Made by a program: the position numbers and the translations under genes. A stretch of 64,000 nucleotides of DNA, taken from assembly GCA_964389675.1 (NCBI GenBank), contig CAYMEV010000018.1:1-64000 (forward strand). The letters run 5' to 3'. This document shows positions 10,454 through 21,527 of the stretch, piece after piece. Under the pieces are notes generated by a model, which saw nothing but the letters and a program-made list of their open reading frames with translations, was not told where the DNA came from and did not search any database. Origin of the DNA: an uncultured Candidatus Sumerlaeota bacterium. Lineage in GTDB: Bacteria > CAYMEV01. Every line of letters begins with the position of its first letter. The stretch's first letter is position 1.

Positions 10454-11280
10454 TAAAAGAAGCTCTCCCTTATAATTACAACATCTTCAGGCTCAAGGCC
10501 TATATCCTCTTCTTTACCTGAGATTATGCGGGATATGTTAATCTCCATCTCTGTTTCATTTCCCTGGTTGTCCTTCCTCTTGATAAGCACATTTCTCCTG
10601 GATGCCCTGTCTGTAAATCCTCCGGCTGTTGCTATGGCTGAGAGGATCGTTATGCGTTCCGATGATTTGAATTTAATGGCACCGGGCTTCAATACCTCGC
10701 CGAATACATATACTATGATTTCCCTGTCAATTGGTATATTGACCACATCCCCGGCTTTAAGGGGGATATTGTATCTCTGCTCTCCCTTGTAAAGAAGGTC
10801 TTCTATAAGGATCTCAAGCCTGTCTGATGCTCCGTCGGGAGATGTCCTGAAGACATAGATATACTTGCCTGCCTGGTTTGTTATCCCGCCTGCCATGGAT
10901 ATTATCTGAAGCAGGGTTGTCCTGCCTGAAAGCTCATAATCCCTGGGGTCTTTTACAGCGCCCATGAGGCTTACCCTCTGTGACTTGTATTCCTTTATGA
11001 ATACAGATACCTGCGCGTTCTTCAGGTATTTTTCATCAAGCCTGGTTTTAAGCTCCCTTTCAAGGCCGAAGGCTGTCAGGCCTGATGCCCTTACTATGCC
11101 TACAAGGGGCAGTGTGATATTGCCGTCGGCAGAAACACGGACGGTCACGTTCAGGTCGGGCAGTTCAAATACCTTTATCTCAAGAAGGTCTCCCGGGCCG
11201 AGTATATAATCAGTAACGGGTATCTCCTCAGCATAGGCGACCGCTGATATTAATAGCATAATTATTAAAAGCTTTTTCAT
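10453..11280 (-). CDS. Polysaccharide export OPX protein (Poly_export + 2 SLBB), short Wza-like
   Basis: Signal peptide from ATG 11280 (RBS aaggag), YILGPGDLLEI, DGNITLPLVG and two SLBB repeats. Ends at IRESFF with no obvious C-terminal OM helix. Confidence 0.9.
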   Translation of the reverse strand: MKKLLIIMLLISAVAYAEEIPVTDYILGPGDLLEIKVFELPDLNVTVRVSADGNITLPLVGIVRASGLTAFGLERELKTRLDEKYLKNAQVSVFIKEYKSQRVSLMGAVKDPRDYELSGRTTLLQIISMAGGITNQAGKYIYVFRTSPDGASDRLEILIEDLLYKGEQRYNIPLKAGDVVNIPIDREIIVYVFGEVLKPGAIKFKSSERITILSAIATAGGFTDRASRRNVLIKRKDNQGNETEMEINISRIISGKEEDIGLEPEDVVIIRESFF

Positions 11281-11290
11281 TATCTTCTCC

Positions 11291-12535
11291 TTAAAACTTA
11301 TAGCTCGTAGAAAGATATACTCTGACGGTATCATAATTGTTTGAATCAATATTGGATTCCTTTGTCTCTTCTGACACTATTATTTTTGTATTCAGCATAT
11401 CAAACAGAAGTATCCTGAATCCTCCGCCATAGGAATAGATGTCGTCCTCGGGTATGATCTCCTGCTCATCAATGGTGGTCGGAAATTGATAGCTGTTCTT
11501 GCCGAAAAAGTAGTTGCCTATTATACTGAAGTTCCTGGAAAGGGCATATTCAGCCTCTATTCCGTTCCTCTGGCTTATATAGTAGAAATTATCAATATTT
11601 TTTGAAAAATAGATGCTTCTCTCTGATGAAAGGCTTATGTTCATACGGTAGAATATGGGGAATGAGAGGAGTATATCCGGGAAAAAGCCGTCATAACCCT
11701 TATCCGGCATATTTTCAGGCTCAAAATCTATGTATGAAAGGCCAAGGTCAAGGTAATAGCTGCTCTGCCTTTCCCAGTTTATCGTAAGTGTATAGGAGCT
11801 GCTCTTTGAATCATAGACAGGATTGTCCATAAATTCATAATCAATTGTACCGTAACCGAGTGAAAATGAGGTATTGGGAAGGAGCTTTGCATGCACTGAT
11901 GCGGTAAAAAAGCCTGTTTTTCTGGAAAGCAGAGTATCAATATCAGCATCATCTGGAAAATCAAGTTCGCTGAGGCTGTAGTCAAGCTCAAGGCTTAGTT
12001 TGCTTGAAAATTTTACCTCGGAGCTTATCCTGCTTGTACGGTCTTCCCTGAGGAGCCTCTGGTCAATCTCTGATTCAAAGAAATCAGCATCTCTCTGTAT
12101 TGTGATGCCGGCAGACAGTGAAAAATAATTGAAAAGAGCCAGAATGTCCGCCCCGATTAGATAATTGGACCTGTTCAGGTCTGAGGTGTCAAAGTACATA
12201 AGATAGGAATATGATCCCTTTATATAGAGATAGAGGCTGTTGCCGAAAGGTGTGATCAGCGTAATACCGGGGGATGCCCTGAGTGTGAAGTCTGACTGTT
12301 CTTCACCGGTGTTGTTCTGTATATTGCTGTTATAACCTGCATCAATAAGGCTTAAATTACCCAGTATATAGACAGGCCCTGCTTTCAGCAGTGCTGATTC
12401 AAGGTCGCTTTCAAGCTGTTTTTCCAGCGAAAGCCTTCTGTCCCTGACCCTGTACCTTCCCCCTGACTGCCCATAGCATGGAAAAGCTGTAATAAATGCC
12501 AGTATTATGACGAATATTCCTGTTTTCATAGGCAC
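11291..12535 (-). CDS. Outer-membrane beta-barrel protein associated with EPS export
   Basis: Signal peptide, GYNSNI motif, alternating aromatic/hydrophobic strands, C-terminal YKF; first gene of the export operon. Confidence 0.8.
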   Translation of the reverse strand: MPMKTGIFVIILAFITAFPCYGQSGGRYRVRDRRLSLEKQLESDLESALLKAGPVYILGNLSLIDAGYNSNIQNNTGEEQSDFTLRASPGITLITPFGNSLYLYIKGSYSYLMYFDTSDLNRSNYLIGADILALFNYFSLSAGITIQRDADFFESEIDQRLLREDRTSRISSEVKFSSKLSLELDYSLSELDFPDDADIDTLLSRKTGFFTASVHAKLLPNTSFSLGYGTIDYEFMDNPVYDSKSSSYTLTINWERQSSYYLDLGLSYIDFEPENMPDKGYDGFFPDILLSFPIFYRMNISLSSERSIYFSKNIDNFYYISQRNGIEAEYALSRNFSIIGNYFFGKNSYQFPTTIDEQEIIPEDDIYSYGGGFRILLFDMLNTKIIVSEETKESNIDSNNYDTVRVYLSTSYKF

Positions 12536-12560
12536 AAAACTCCATAAAATAAGACTAAGT

Positions 12561-12589
12561 ATTGTATATTTAAATTAAATCATTGTCAA
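12561..12589 (-). promoter_or_regulatory. Sigma70-type promoter for the EPS export operon
   Basis: Minus strand TTGACA-17 nt-TACAAT, about 25 nt upstream of the barrel gene start. Confidence 0.7.
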
Positions 12590-12616
12590 AAATAATATTT
12601 TGTTAATAATTAGTGT

Positions 12617-13999
12617 ATGAAAAGAAAGAAGATAATCCTCAAGCTGGTCTTTATGGCCATCGACTGCCTGCTTATCTTCCTTTCGATCATGGCATCCTAT
12701 TATATATATGTAAGCTTCGATATAGGCAGGGGACAGAGGTTCGATCACCCGGCCTTTTTTGCCTATTCCCTGCTTATTACAGCATTCTGCATTCTTGTTC
12801 TTGAATTCATGCGCCTTTATAATATAAGCGGGTCTTTTCTATATGTAAGGGAGATAAAGATAATAATAAAGGGGCTTCTTGTATGCTTCGTGCTTGTAAA
12901 TCTGATGATGGTGCTCCGGGCAATGACCATTCCGCTGGTATCAAGGTTTGTCATGATAATGGCACTTGTGCTGGCAGTTATATCAATGACAGTATTCAGG
13001 TTTTTTTACCTTTTTCTTTCAGGCAGGTTTATAAATGGATATATCAATGTAATAGCAGTAGGGTATAATGATGACTGCCAGAGGTTTATAAACACAGTTC
13101 TGAGGCATAAGGTCTATGGATACCGGCTCCTGGGCATTGTTGACAATGAAAAAAGGGATGGCCTTACGGGATCGGACGGCATAAGGCCCGGAATTGCCAT
13201 AGAATATTTGGGGGATATGAGCAGGCTTGGAGAACTTGCAGAAAATACTGATGCATTCTTTGTATTCCCGCCCCTGGAGGAAAAAGAAAGGCATTTCATT
13301 GATGAGATCGCTAATAAGAACAATGCACAGGTTTACTGGTACCCGGAAAACGGCATAAACCTCTTTTATAATGTTGATTTTTTCTATATAGGTGAAAATC
13401 CTTTCCTGAAAAAGCTGAAGACCCGTCTGCCTTTCTATTATAAACCGTTAAAGAGGCTGATGGACATAATCCTCTCCCTTCTGATAATAATTATTCTTAT
13501 GCCTTTTTTTATTGTGCTGATGATCCTTATAAAGCTTTCATCCAGAGGCCCTGTATTTTTCCGGCAGAAAAGGACTGGAAAGGATGGAAAGCCCTTTTTT
13601 ATATACAAGTTCAGGACAATGAAAAAAGAGGCTCCGAGATATGCAAAAAGCCCTCTGGACCGTGAAGACCCCAGGATAACGGGCATCGGGAGATTCCTGA
13701 GAAAATTCAGCTTTGACGAATTTCCACAGCTTATAAATGTTCTTGAGGGAAAAATGAGCCTTGTTGGGCCAAGGCCTGAGATGCCTTTCATTGTAAAGAG
13801 GTACAGCAATTTTGAGAGGCTGAGGCTCAGCGTAAAGCCTGGCCTTACAGGCATATGGCAGATATCATCTGAAAGGCAGAGGCCCATACATTATTCTATT
13901 GAATATGATATCTTTTATATATATAATAGGTCATTGACCCTTGATTCAGCAATACTGCTTGAAACATTCCTGTTTTTGCTGAATCCCAGGGGCATCTAA
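12617..13999 (+). CDS. Polyprenyl-phosphate glycosylphosphotransferase (WcaJ/WbaP-like priming GT)
   Basis: N-terminal TM bundle and a C-terminal Bac_transf domain (KRLMDI, YKFRTM, FDEFPQL, MSLVGPRPE, KPGLTGIWQ). Confidence 0.92.
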   Translation: MKRKKIILKLVFMAIDCLLIFLSIMASYYIYVSFDIGRGQRFDHPAFFAYSLLITAFCILVLEFMRLYNISGSFLYVREIKIIIKGLLVCFVLVNLMMVLRAMTIPLVSRFVMIMALVLAVISMTVFRFFYLFLSGRFINGYINVIAVGYNDDCQRFINTVLRHKVYGYRLLGIVDNEKRDGLTGSDGIRPGIAIEYLGDMSRLGELAENTDAFFVFPPLEEKERHFIDEIANKNNAQVYWYPENGINLFYNVDFFYIGENPFLKKLKTRLPFYYKPLKRLMDIILSLLIIIILMPFFIVLMILIKLSSRGPVFFRQKRTGKDGKPFFIYKFRTMKKEAPRYAKSPLDREDPRITGIGRFLRKFSFDEFPQLINVLEGKMSLVGPRPEMPFIVKRYSNFERLRLSVKPGLTGIWQISSERQRPIHYSIEYDIFYIYNRSLTLDSAILLETFLFLLNPRGI

Positions 14000-14010
14000 G
14001 GAGTAATGAA

Positions 14011-15627
14011 ATGAGAAAGCTGATCTTTTTTGCTGTTTTGATCATTCTGGGCTGTGGTGCTCTTAAAGCTCAGAGTACCGACCCTTTCTATACCAATCTT
14101 TTTAATACAGGCATTTCAAAGCTTAAGACCGGGAATTTTGAAGAAGCATACAAGGATATCAGGGTGGCATCCTTCGGGTTTATTGATAATAAGGAGATGC
14201 TTGCTGAATCATATATGGCCCTTGTAGTGGCTTCTTTCAAGCTTGAGGATATAAAGCGCATCAATAATTTCTGCACAAGGCTTGAGGAGATGGGCTACGG
14301 CGATCATACGGGGAATATCGACCCTTATATCAGAAGGGAATTTGATGAATTTCTAAAATGGCAGGAACAGAGGGAAAAGCCTGAGGAGGAAGAGACCAGG
14401 ATGGAAGAGGAAGCAGGAGAAGAGAAGGACGGGACTGAAAAGACAATAAGCAGGAAAGATGAACTTATTGAAAAAAACAGGACATCAGGGCTCAATATGG
14501 ATGAGATCCGCGAGCTTGCCGGCATATACCATTCTGAGGGGGATCTCGGGGAGATCTACAGCCTTCTTGAGCCCATAAGCAAAAGGATCGGGGACAGGCC
14601 TGCCCTTATGCTTTATCTGGCGGAAAGCCAGTATGAACAGAAGAGGTACGGGGACAGCAGAAGATCCCTGGAAATATATAATAATGCCCAGAAGGATAAA
14701 GATGACATCTATTACTGGCTCTCTGCAAACATGCATATAAGGGAGAAGAGATACAGCAAGGCAGAGAGAGATATTCTGTCCATTAGAGATAAAGATGCAT
14801 TTGAGGAATATGAAGGCCTGCTCTCAAAGATAAAGGCAAATACAGAAACTGAAAAAAAAGAAGAGACCGCAGACAGCCCGGAACTGGATAAGATGATCGA
14901 GAACGGGGACTACAGCGCAATTATAGACTACCTTGAGGACAGCCCTTACCTGAAGGATGCAGAATATGGCTATGTGCTGGCAGGTGCCTATTTCCAGAAA
15001 CAGCAGTTCAAGGACTGCATTGATACCGTAAAGAAGATCAGGATCAGTGAAATGGAGGAAAAGGACAGGGTAAAGATATATTATTACCTTGGTATATGCT
15101 ATATAAACATGGATGACAGGGACCAGGGATGCAGGTATCTCGAGACAGCGTACAGGGGAAGGTCCATGCTAAACAGGGTCGAGGCGGAGAATGCAGTAAG
15201 GAACCTTGTGGAAGCAGATTGCATCAGCTATACCGATATAGTGAGGGAATACAACAAAAACAGGAATGACCATCTCAATATACTGGCGATAGCGCTTGCT
15301 GAGTACAGGAACAGGCGGTATGAACAGTCCCTTGAGTATTTCAGCGCCATAAAGCGTAAGGATGACGGCCACCTTTATGCAAACTATTATATGGGGATCA
15401 ATAACTATTATCTTGGAAACTATACTGATGCAATATCCTGCTTCGAGAGGCTTATAGAATCAGGCCACAGGTTTGAGGCCCTTTACTTCAGGCTGGGCTC
15501 AGCCTATTATTCTGCAGGCAACTACGAAAAGGCTTATGAGTACCTTGACAGGATATACGACAGGTATAAAAACAGCGAATCGTTCATGAAAATATACAGC
15601 GATGCAAAGGATCAGACAGGAAGGTAG
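14011..15627 (+). CDS. Exported tetratricopeptide-repeat protein
   Basis: Signal peptide and multiple TPR-like helices (YYYLGICY, YYMGINNYYLGNY, YFRLGSAYYSAGNY). Confidence 0.85.
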   Translation: MRKLIFFAVLIILGCGALKAQSTDPFYTNLFNTGISKLKTGNFEEAYKDIRVASFGFIDNKEMLAESYMALVVASFKLEDIKRINNFCTRLEEMGYGDHTGNIDPYIRREFDEFLKWQEQREKPEEEETRMEEEAGEEKDGTEKTISRKDELIEKNRTSGLNMDEIRELAGIYHSEGDLGEIYSLLEPISKRIGDRPALMLYLAESQYEQKRYGDSRRSLEIYNNAQKDKDDIYYWLSANMHIREKRYSKAERDILSIRDKDAFEEYEGLLSKIKANTETEKKEETADSPELDKMIENGDYSAIIDYLEDSPYLKDAEYGYVLAGAYFQKQQFKDCIDTVKKIRISEMEEKDRVKIYYYLGICYINMDDRDQGCRYLETAYRGRSMLNRVEAENAVRNLVEADCISYTDIVREYNKNRNDHLNILAIALAEYRNRRYEQSLEYFSAIKRKDDGHLYANYYMGINNYYLGNYTDAISCFERLIESGHRFEALYFRLGSAYYSAGNYEKAYEYLDRIYDRYKNSESFMKIYSDAKDQTGR

Positions 15628-17747
15628 ATAACGAATTCACTCCCCTTCGAAACCTCAGAGGCAACAAAGATATAGCCTCCGTGTTTCTTTATAATCGAGA
15701 ATGCAACCGCAAGGCCAAGCCCGCTTCCGTGGCTCTTTGTCGTGAAATAAGGGTCAAATATCTTATCGATATCCTTTTTATCTATGCCAATGCCATAATC
15801 CCTTATGGCAGCCTTTACATATTCACCGGGCCTTAAAAGCATTGCATCATCCCGGGTTGATGTGTAATGGCTGAAGTTTATATCTACCCTTTTTTTACCA
15901 GGCATGGCTGCAACGGCATTAATAAGTATATTGTGGATTACCCTGCCGATCTGCTCAGAATCAATGCTTATATGGGGGACATGGTCTCTGCCTGATATGT
16001 TTATCTCTATATCATTCCCCGACCTTATCAGGTTTGCAGAATTCTCAAACAGCCTGATTAGATCATGCTTTTTCCTTACAAGCTCTCCCCCTTTTGCAAA
16101 GGACCCGAGCTCCCTGGTCAGGCTGTTTGCCCTCTGGCATGCCTCCTCGATAATGTCCAGGATATGCGATATATCTTTGCTGTTGCCTGTTTTTGTGCGT
16201 AAAAGTTCGGAGTTTGCAAGTATTACTGTGAGTATGTTCGCAAAATCATGGCTTATTCCCCCGGCAAGTATGCCGAGGCTTCTCAGCTTGCTTGTCTGGA
16301 GGTTCTCCTCCTGTACCCTTCTGATCTCTGAAATATCCCTGAATACGATTATAGAGCCGATTATACTGCCGTCCAGGTCCCTTATCGGGGCTATTGTCCC
16401 GCTTACTGCCATGCTTTTTCCCGATCTTGACACAAGGATCCTCGGGCCTTTTATATTCCCTATCTCCCTGAGCCTGATTGACTTTTCAACAAAGTTCTCC
16501 AGCTTGTCGCCCGATATTTCATCATAGATATTGAATACATCCCTGATATTTTCCCCGAGTGCCTCAGCTTCACTGTATCCTGTAAGATCCTGGGCTATAT
16601 GGTTTATAAGCTCTATTTTGCCTTCCCTGTCCGATGCTATGATACCCTCGCCCATGGAGTCAATAGTTATTGAAAGCCGGTTCTTCTGTTCATGCAGGTC
16701 CTTTTCATACCTTTTTTTATAGGAAATATCTCTAATTACAATGAGCCATCTGTCTTTTTCCTCCATCAGGATCCTGGTAACCCTCAACCTTACATTAAGC
16801 CTGTTGGCAAGCACCGCCTCAAATTCATTAAGTTTTATGATATCCTGCTCAGCCAGGCATTTTGCAAGTATGTCCTCCAGGAACAGGTCCCTTATATTGC
16901 CTGAAAGTACCTCTGCTTTGGATAATCCTGACATATCGGAGAATGTCTTGTTTACATCAAGGACCGCGCCTTCCTTATCCATAAGGAGTATTCCGTCGGG
17001 AATAGTATTCATAAGGGTCTTCAGCCTCTTATTGCTGTCGCTTACAGCCTTTGACTGAAGTTTCAGGCCTTCATCCCTCTTCTTTATCTGCTGTGCCATT
17101 GTATTGAACCTGTCTGCTATGTCATGCAGTTCTTTGAACCTGAACATATTAAGGTCCATGCTTAACTGGTAACTGCCATCTATAATGCTTTGTATCCTGC
17201 TGATAAGAAGCTTTATAGGGTTTTCCACAGTTTTCCTTATAATTATGCTGAATATAAGGGAAAGAGAAAGTATATAGATTATAACAGGAATGAAGAAGCT
17301 CCTGAAACGTTCAGTATTCTCCTGCAGTGCCGTATTATATGAGATCCCTGTCTCAAGCCTCCCTATCACCATACCATCATGATCTATATCTTTTCTTATC
17401 GTTTCTGCATTATCCATTCCTGTATTATTCTTCTTCTCATAGATAAGCTCATTGTTCTCATTATATACACTGATACTGCTTATCATGCTTACCTGGCTGT
17501 ATATATCGCATATGGCCCTGATCGAAGCATTGTCATAGGTGTACATGGGCACCTTCAGGACATCAGAAAGGTATTTGGATATTGCCAGGGCATGCGTGTG
17601 TGTTTCATCCTTCACCCTTTGCTTTGATAAATGATAAAATGCAAAAAAATAGGTCATGGCAACAGTGGCTATAACAAGCACAGTGATAACTATTATTATG
17701 GTTCTAAGGTTTTTCGGGTTTTTATATATTGCTTTCATGGTGATCAT
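15612..17747 (-). CDS. Membrane sensor histidine kinase (HAMP, 2x PAS, HisKA, HATPase)
   Basis: Two TM segments, LAGGISHDFANIL H-box, NILINA, DYGIGI, FDPYFTTK, GSGLGLA. Confidence 0.92.
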   Translation of the reverse strand: MITMKAIYKNPKNLRTIIIVITVLVIATVAMTYFFAFYHLSKQRVKDETHTHALAISKYLSDVLKVPMYTYDNASIRAICDIYSQVSMISSISVYNENNELIYEKKNNTGMDNAETIRKDIDHDGMVIGRLETGISYNTALQENTERFRSFFIPVIIYILSLSLIFSIIIRKTVENPIKLLISRIQSIIDGSYQLSMDLNMFRFKELHDIADRFNTMAQQIKKRDEGLKLQSKAVSDSNKRLKTLMNTIPDGILLMDKEGAVLDVNKTFSDMSGLSKAEVLSGNIRDLFLEDILAKCLAEQDIIKLNEFEAVLANRLNVRLRVTRILMEEKDRWLIVIRDISYKKRYEKDLHEQKNRLSITIDSMGEGIIASDREGKIELINHIAQDLTGYSEAEALGENIRDVFNIYDEISGDKLENFVEKSIRLREIGNIKGPRILVSRSGKSMAVSGTIAPIRDLDGSIIGSIIVFRDISEIRRVQEENLQTSKLRSLGILAGGISHDFANILTVILANSELLRTKTGNSKDISHILDIIEEACQRANSLTRELGSFAKGGELVRKKHDLIRLFENSANLIRSGNDIEINISGRDHVPHISIDSEQIGRVIHNILINAVAAMPGKKRVDINFSHYTSTRDDAMLLRPGEYVKAAIRDYGIGIDKKDIDKIFDPYFTTKSHGSGLGLAVAFSIIKKHGGYIFVASEVSKGSEFVIYLPV

Positions 17748-18526
17748 TCATATGGCTTAATAAGGGATCTATAGGCATCTTCATTCTTTATGCGGGAGAT
17801 TGACTCATTGACCCTCTTTATGAGCTCAGGGTCTGTCTGCTTCGGGAAAAGAAGGTATCTGTGATTTCCCTGGGGAGCGTCTTTGATGTATATCATTTCT
17901 GTATTTTCCGCAAGTTCGGGACTGCTTTCCAGTATAAACAGCGCTTCCTCCTTGCCCAGCATTGTATAATCAGTCCTGCAGGCATTTATCATTTTTATTA
18001 TATTTAACGGGATCGAGCTTATCCGCTCAACCCTGCCGGAATATTCATCAATTGCCCTGTCATACCATTCACCATAGGAAAATCCGTCAACAAGGGTCAG
18101 CTTGTACCCTGAAGAAAGGATCTGGGCTATATCGGACGGATCATTGCATTGCATATGCTTCCGGCACAATATAAAGACATTCTCCTTGTCCTGGTAGATG
18201 CTCTCAGAAAACCGGTACTCCTCTTCCCTTTCTGCAGTCCTGAACCATCCGACAGAACATGCATCATTCTCTTTTCTTAACTTCATCAGTATTCTCTTGG
18301 GCGGTATCTCTTCAAATTCATGATCAATGCCGGCATCATCCAGCACCATCCTTGTGATCTCCACCAGGAAGCCTCCAGCTGTGCCATCGCTCAATTTTTC
18401 ATAATAGGGAGGCCTGTGGAAGTAATATACGGTAAGTACAGGTGAATCTTCCCCATAGGATACAGATACACAAAGGAGCATCAGGAGTAAAAGGACAGAG
18501 GGGATTTTTATCTTTATTGATTTCAT
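17744..18526 (-). CDS. Periplasmic substrate-binding protein (family 3-like)
   Basis: Signal peptide, RPPYY, GFLVEI, PPKR, GWFRTAERE and GFSYG motifs; 4-nt overlap with the kinase gene. Confidence 0.85.
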   Translation of the reverse strand: MKSIKIKIPSVLLLLMLLCVSVSYGEDSPVLTVYYFHRPPYYEKLSDGTAGGFLVEITRMVLDDAGIDHEFEEIPPKRILMKLRKENDACSVGWFRTAEREEEYRFSESIYQDKENVFILCRKHMQCNDPSDIAQILSSGYKLTLVDGFSYGEWYDRAIDEYSGRVERISSIPLNIIKMINACRTDYTMLGKEEALFILESSPELAENTEMIYIKDAPQGNHRYLLFPKQTDPELIKRVNESISRIKNEDAYRSLIKPYE

Positions 18527-18720
18527 ATCCTTATGTAATTATACCTGATTATCAAAAAAAATTCAACCTTTATTTTAGATCATTACTGCAGGGTCTCAGA
18601 CAGGTATTCCAGAGCTGATATGCCATGGCCGGGCTAATGGAATAATAAAATGTTTTTGACAAAACAGCTCAGTTGCTGTAGTTAAGTATCAAAAATAAAA
18701 ATAAGCCAGGTGAAACAGAT

Positions 18721-20343
18721 ATGAAGCTTACTTTCTTAAAGGATAAATCAGAGATATTATGCCTTATTGCATGTATTTTGTTCTACTGCATCCTCTGTTA
18801 TTATATATCGCCGTTCGTTCCTGATGATGCATATATATCCTTCCGTTATGCCGAGAACCTTGCAGAGGGGAACGGCCTTACCTTCAACCCCGGGGAGAAG
18901 CCTGTTGAGAGTTATTCCAACTTTCTCTGGATACTCATAACTGCGGCTGCATTCTATCTTCAGCTGGATATATCGCTCTTTATCATCTATTTTGGTATGT
19001 TCCTGGGCATAATTTCCATCCTTGTATTTTACCATATTCTGAAAAATCTTGGTATGGACCCGGCAAAGAGAATAATACTGCTGATCCTTTTCAGCTTTTC
19101 GGGGCCGTTCATCCTATACTCTGTATCAGGCATGGAGACATCCCTGTACTGCCTTGTAATGCTCTTGATAATTGCATGCCTGGAGAGGATAATCAGAAAA
19201 GGCGGGCTGATATGGCATATCCTTCTGGCCGTCTTCTGCGTTATCCTTAATATGACAAGGCCCGAAGGTATAGTAATGTATTTCATTATACTGGGATTGC
19301 TCATTGTTTCCGGATTCATCCCCGAAAGGTTCCTGGACAGGAAGGTCAGCATTAATATTTCAAAAAGGTATATTATAACAGGAATTATCATTTTTCTATG
19401 CCTTCTTACTATCTACCAGGCATGGAGGATCAGCTATTTCGGAGAGGTATTCTCCACGCCCTTCCTGACAAAGAAGGGAGGCGGAAGAAGCCTTCTTTTC
19501 TCATACTATATCAATTTCCGCTGGTTCTTCCTTACACATAATATTCACTTTGCCCCCCTTGGCTATTATTACCTTCCGCTTTATATCCTTGGCCTGTACT
19601 CGGTTATTGCATCCTTTATCAGCAAAGGCAGGAAAATCCCCGTTTTTGAGGCTGCAGTGCTTTTGATCGTTATTGCATACAGCCTGTTCTATGTCAATTT
19701 TGTGGACTGGATGCCTGCAATGAGGTATTTTGTACCCTTTATCCCCCTCCTTCTTATTGTTTCCGGGGCGGGGCTTAAATTGCTTTTTGACTGGGAAAGG
19801 CCTCTTAGCAGGATACTTAATTATTCGGTTATAATACTTATCATATTCATCCTGAATTTTTCTTTTATAACTGCATTGAAGAGGGATGCTGTCAATCTGC
19901 AGGAATCAACACAGAAAAGCCTGAGGGCCATCGGGGAGTGGCTGAATGAAAACCTGCCGGAGGATACGCTTTTTGCCATAAGCGATGCAGGGGCGGCCCC
20001 ATTTTATTCAAAGCTTCCGGTATTTGACATAAACCCCTTTTCTCTTATTGACATAAATATTGCAAAGAACGGCTGGTCTGACGACTATTTCTTTGAGAAA
20101 TCCCCTGATGTGGTTGCATTTGTATCTTTCTCAATAACAAGCCCTAATTTTTATGAAATGCACTACAGGCTTTATTCAAATCCCAGGTTCCGGGAAAACT
20201 ACAGGCTTATAGGCATAAGCCGTTATGACTGGTTCAGGGACAGGTCATACTGGGTATTTGTCCATAATGATATCAGCCTGGATGAGGATGCAGCCAAGGC
20301 TTTTCCAAAAGGCCTGACATTCAGCCCGAAGTATCAGCAGTGA
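18721..20343 (+). CDS. Multi-TM GT-C-like glycosyltransferase (DDAYI family)
   Basis: [57 protein letters not shown]. Confidence 0.75.
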   Translation: MKLTFLKDKSEILCLIACILFYCILCYYISPFVPDDAYISFRYAENLAEGNGLTFNPGEKPVESYSNFLWILITAAAFYLQLDISLFIIYFGMFLGIISILVFYHILKNLGMDPAKRIILLILFSFSGPFILYSVSGMETSLYCLVMLLIIACLERIIRKGGLIWHILLAVFCVILNMTRPEGIVMYFIILGLLIVSGFIPERFLDRKVSINISKRYIITGIIIFLCLLTIYQAWRISYFGEVFSTPFLTKKGGGRSLLFSYYINFRWFFLTHNIHFAPLGYYYLPLYILGLYSVIASFISKGRKIPVFEAAVLLIVIAYSLFYVNFVDWMPAMRYFVPFIPLLLIVSGAGLKLLFDWERPLSRILNYSVIILIIFILNFSFITALKRDAVNLQESTQKSLRAIGEWLNENLPEDTLFAISDAGAAPFYSKLPVFDINPFSLIDINIAKNGWSDDYFFEKSPDVVAFVSFSITSPNFYEMHYRLYSNPRFRENYRLIGISRYDWFRDRSYWVFVHNDISLDEDAAKAFPKGLTFSPKYQQ

Positions 20344-21527
20344 CCAGTAACCCTGTCAAAGAGCATATTATAGCTTTTCAGTATCCTGTCTGATGTATAG
20401 AATTTATTAACATAATCAAGGGCATTTTCACCCAGCTTTCTTCTCTGGTACCTGTCTGACAGCAGTCTTACAACAGAATCCCTGTAGCTGTTAAAATCAC
20501 TGAACGGCAGTCCTGCATTCCCTTTCCTGATATGCCCCATTACAGGCCCGCAGCTTTCCCTGCCAATTACGGGGATACCATGGTAAAATGCCTCAAGGGC
20601 AATGATGGAAAGGCTCTCAAGATAGGAAGGGACAAGTACTGCAACTGCATTTTTTATAAGATCGTACTTGAGCCTTTCGGAAACGAAACCAAGGTATATA
20701 ACGCTTTCATCCTCGATATCCAGTCTGCCGCTTCCAGTTGCTATCAGTTTTTCCCTTCCGAGGACATGATGCCTGGACAGCTCCGTGTGGTATTCAAGTA
20801 TGTCGAAAAACCCTTTCTGTTTGTCTATCCTTCCTGAATATAAAAAGTACCTTGTATTCTGAATATCTATTTCAGGATCATCAGTGCCTGCAGGGGTATC
20901 TTCAGTTTTCATGCTGATCAGGGTATCAACAGGGATACCTTCTGTAATGAAATCATCTGTCTTGAGAAAGCCGTATCTTTTGAATGAATTTCTCTCCTCA
21001 GCTGTATTAAAGATAAAGCCCTTTGCCATGGGAAGCACTTTTTTATATATTTCAAGGCCAGCAGGCTTCTCCGGATGAAATGTCGGAATGAGTACCGCCC
21101 TTTTGGCATGCTCAAGGCCGTAAACTACAGGGTAATAAAGGTATGTATAGAACAGTGCTGTGTCATAATTGTTGATATTTCCCCTGATGTATTCAATCAT
21201 TGCGGGGGCATATGGCCCCTGAGCCTCTATCCATTCACGCTCCTGGCTTTCCGTATGCTTTTGCCCGGAAAAGAATGCTTCAGAGTATCTGTTGAACTGC
21301 TCAATGTCCCTGGCCCTTTCAACCCTGAACCTGATGACCCTTATATCATCCTCGACGGATTCGCCCTCAGGGTAATGATTTTCCCATGTAATGTAATCCC
21401 TGGCGCAGGTAGTTATAACTGTTATATTATGCTGTCTTTTCAGCATCCGGGCTATTATCCTGCTGTGAAGCTCGCTTCCTCCGACAAGGTCCCTGCCGTA
21501 TCTCTGAACAATGATGGCTATGTTCAT
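20334..21527 (-). CDS. Glycosyltransferase family 4
   Basis: [35 protein letters not shown]. Confidence 0.9.
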   Translation of the reverse strand: MNIAIIVQRYGRDLVGGSELHSRIIARMLKRQHNITVITTCARDYITWENHYPEGESVEDDIRVIRFRVERARDIEQFNRYSEAFFSGQKHTESQEREWIEAQGPYAPAMIEYIRGNINNYDTALFYTYLYYPVVYGLEHAKRAVLIPTFHPEKPAGLEIYKKVLPMAKGFIFNTAEERNSFKRYGFLKTDDFITEGIPVDTLISMKTEDTPAGTDDPEIDIQNTRYFLYSGRIDKQKGFFDILEYHTELSRHHVLGREKLIATGSGRLDIEDESVIYLGFVSERLKYDLIKNAVAVLVPSYLESLSIIALEAFYHGIPVIGRESCGPVMGHIRKGNAGLPFSDFNSYRDSVVRLLSDRYQRRKLGENALDYVNKFYTSDRILKSYNMLFDRVTGHC

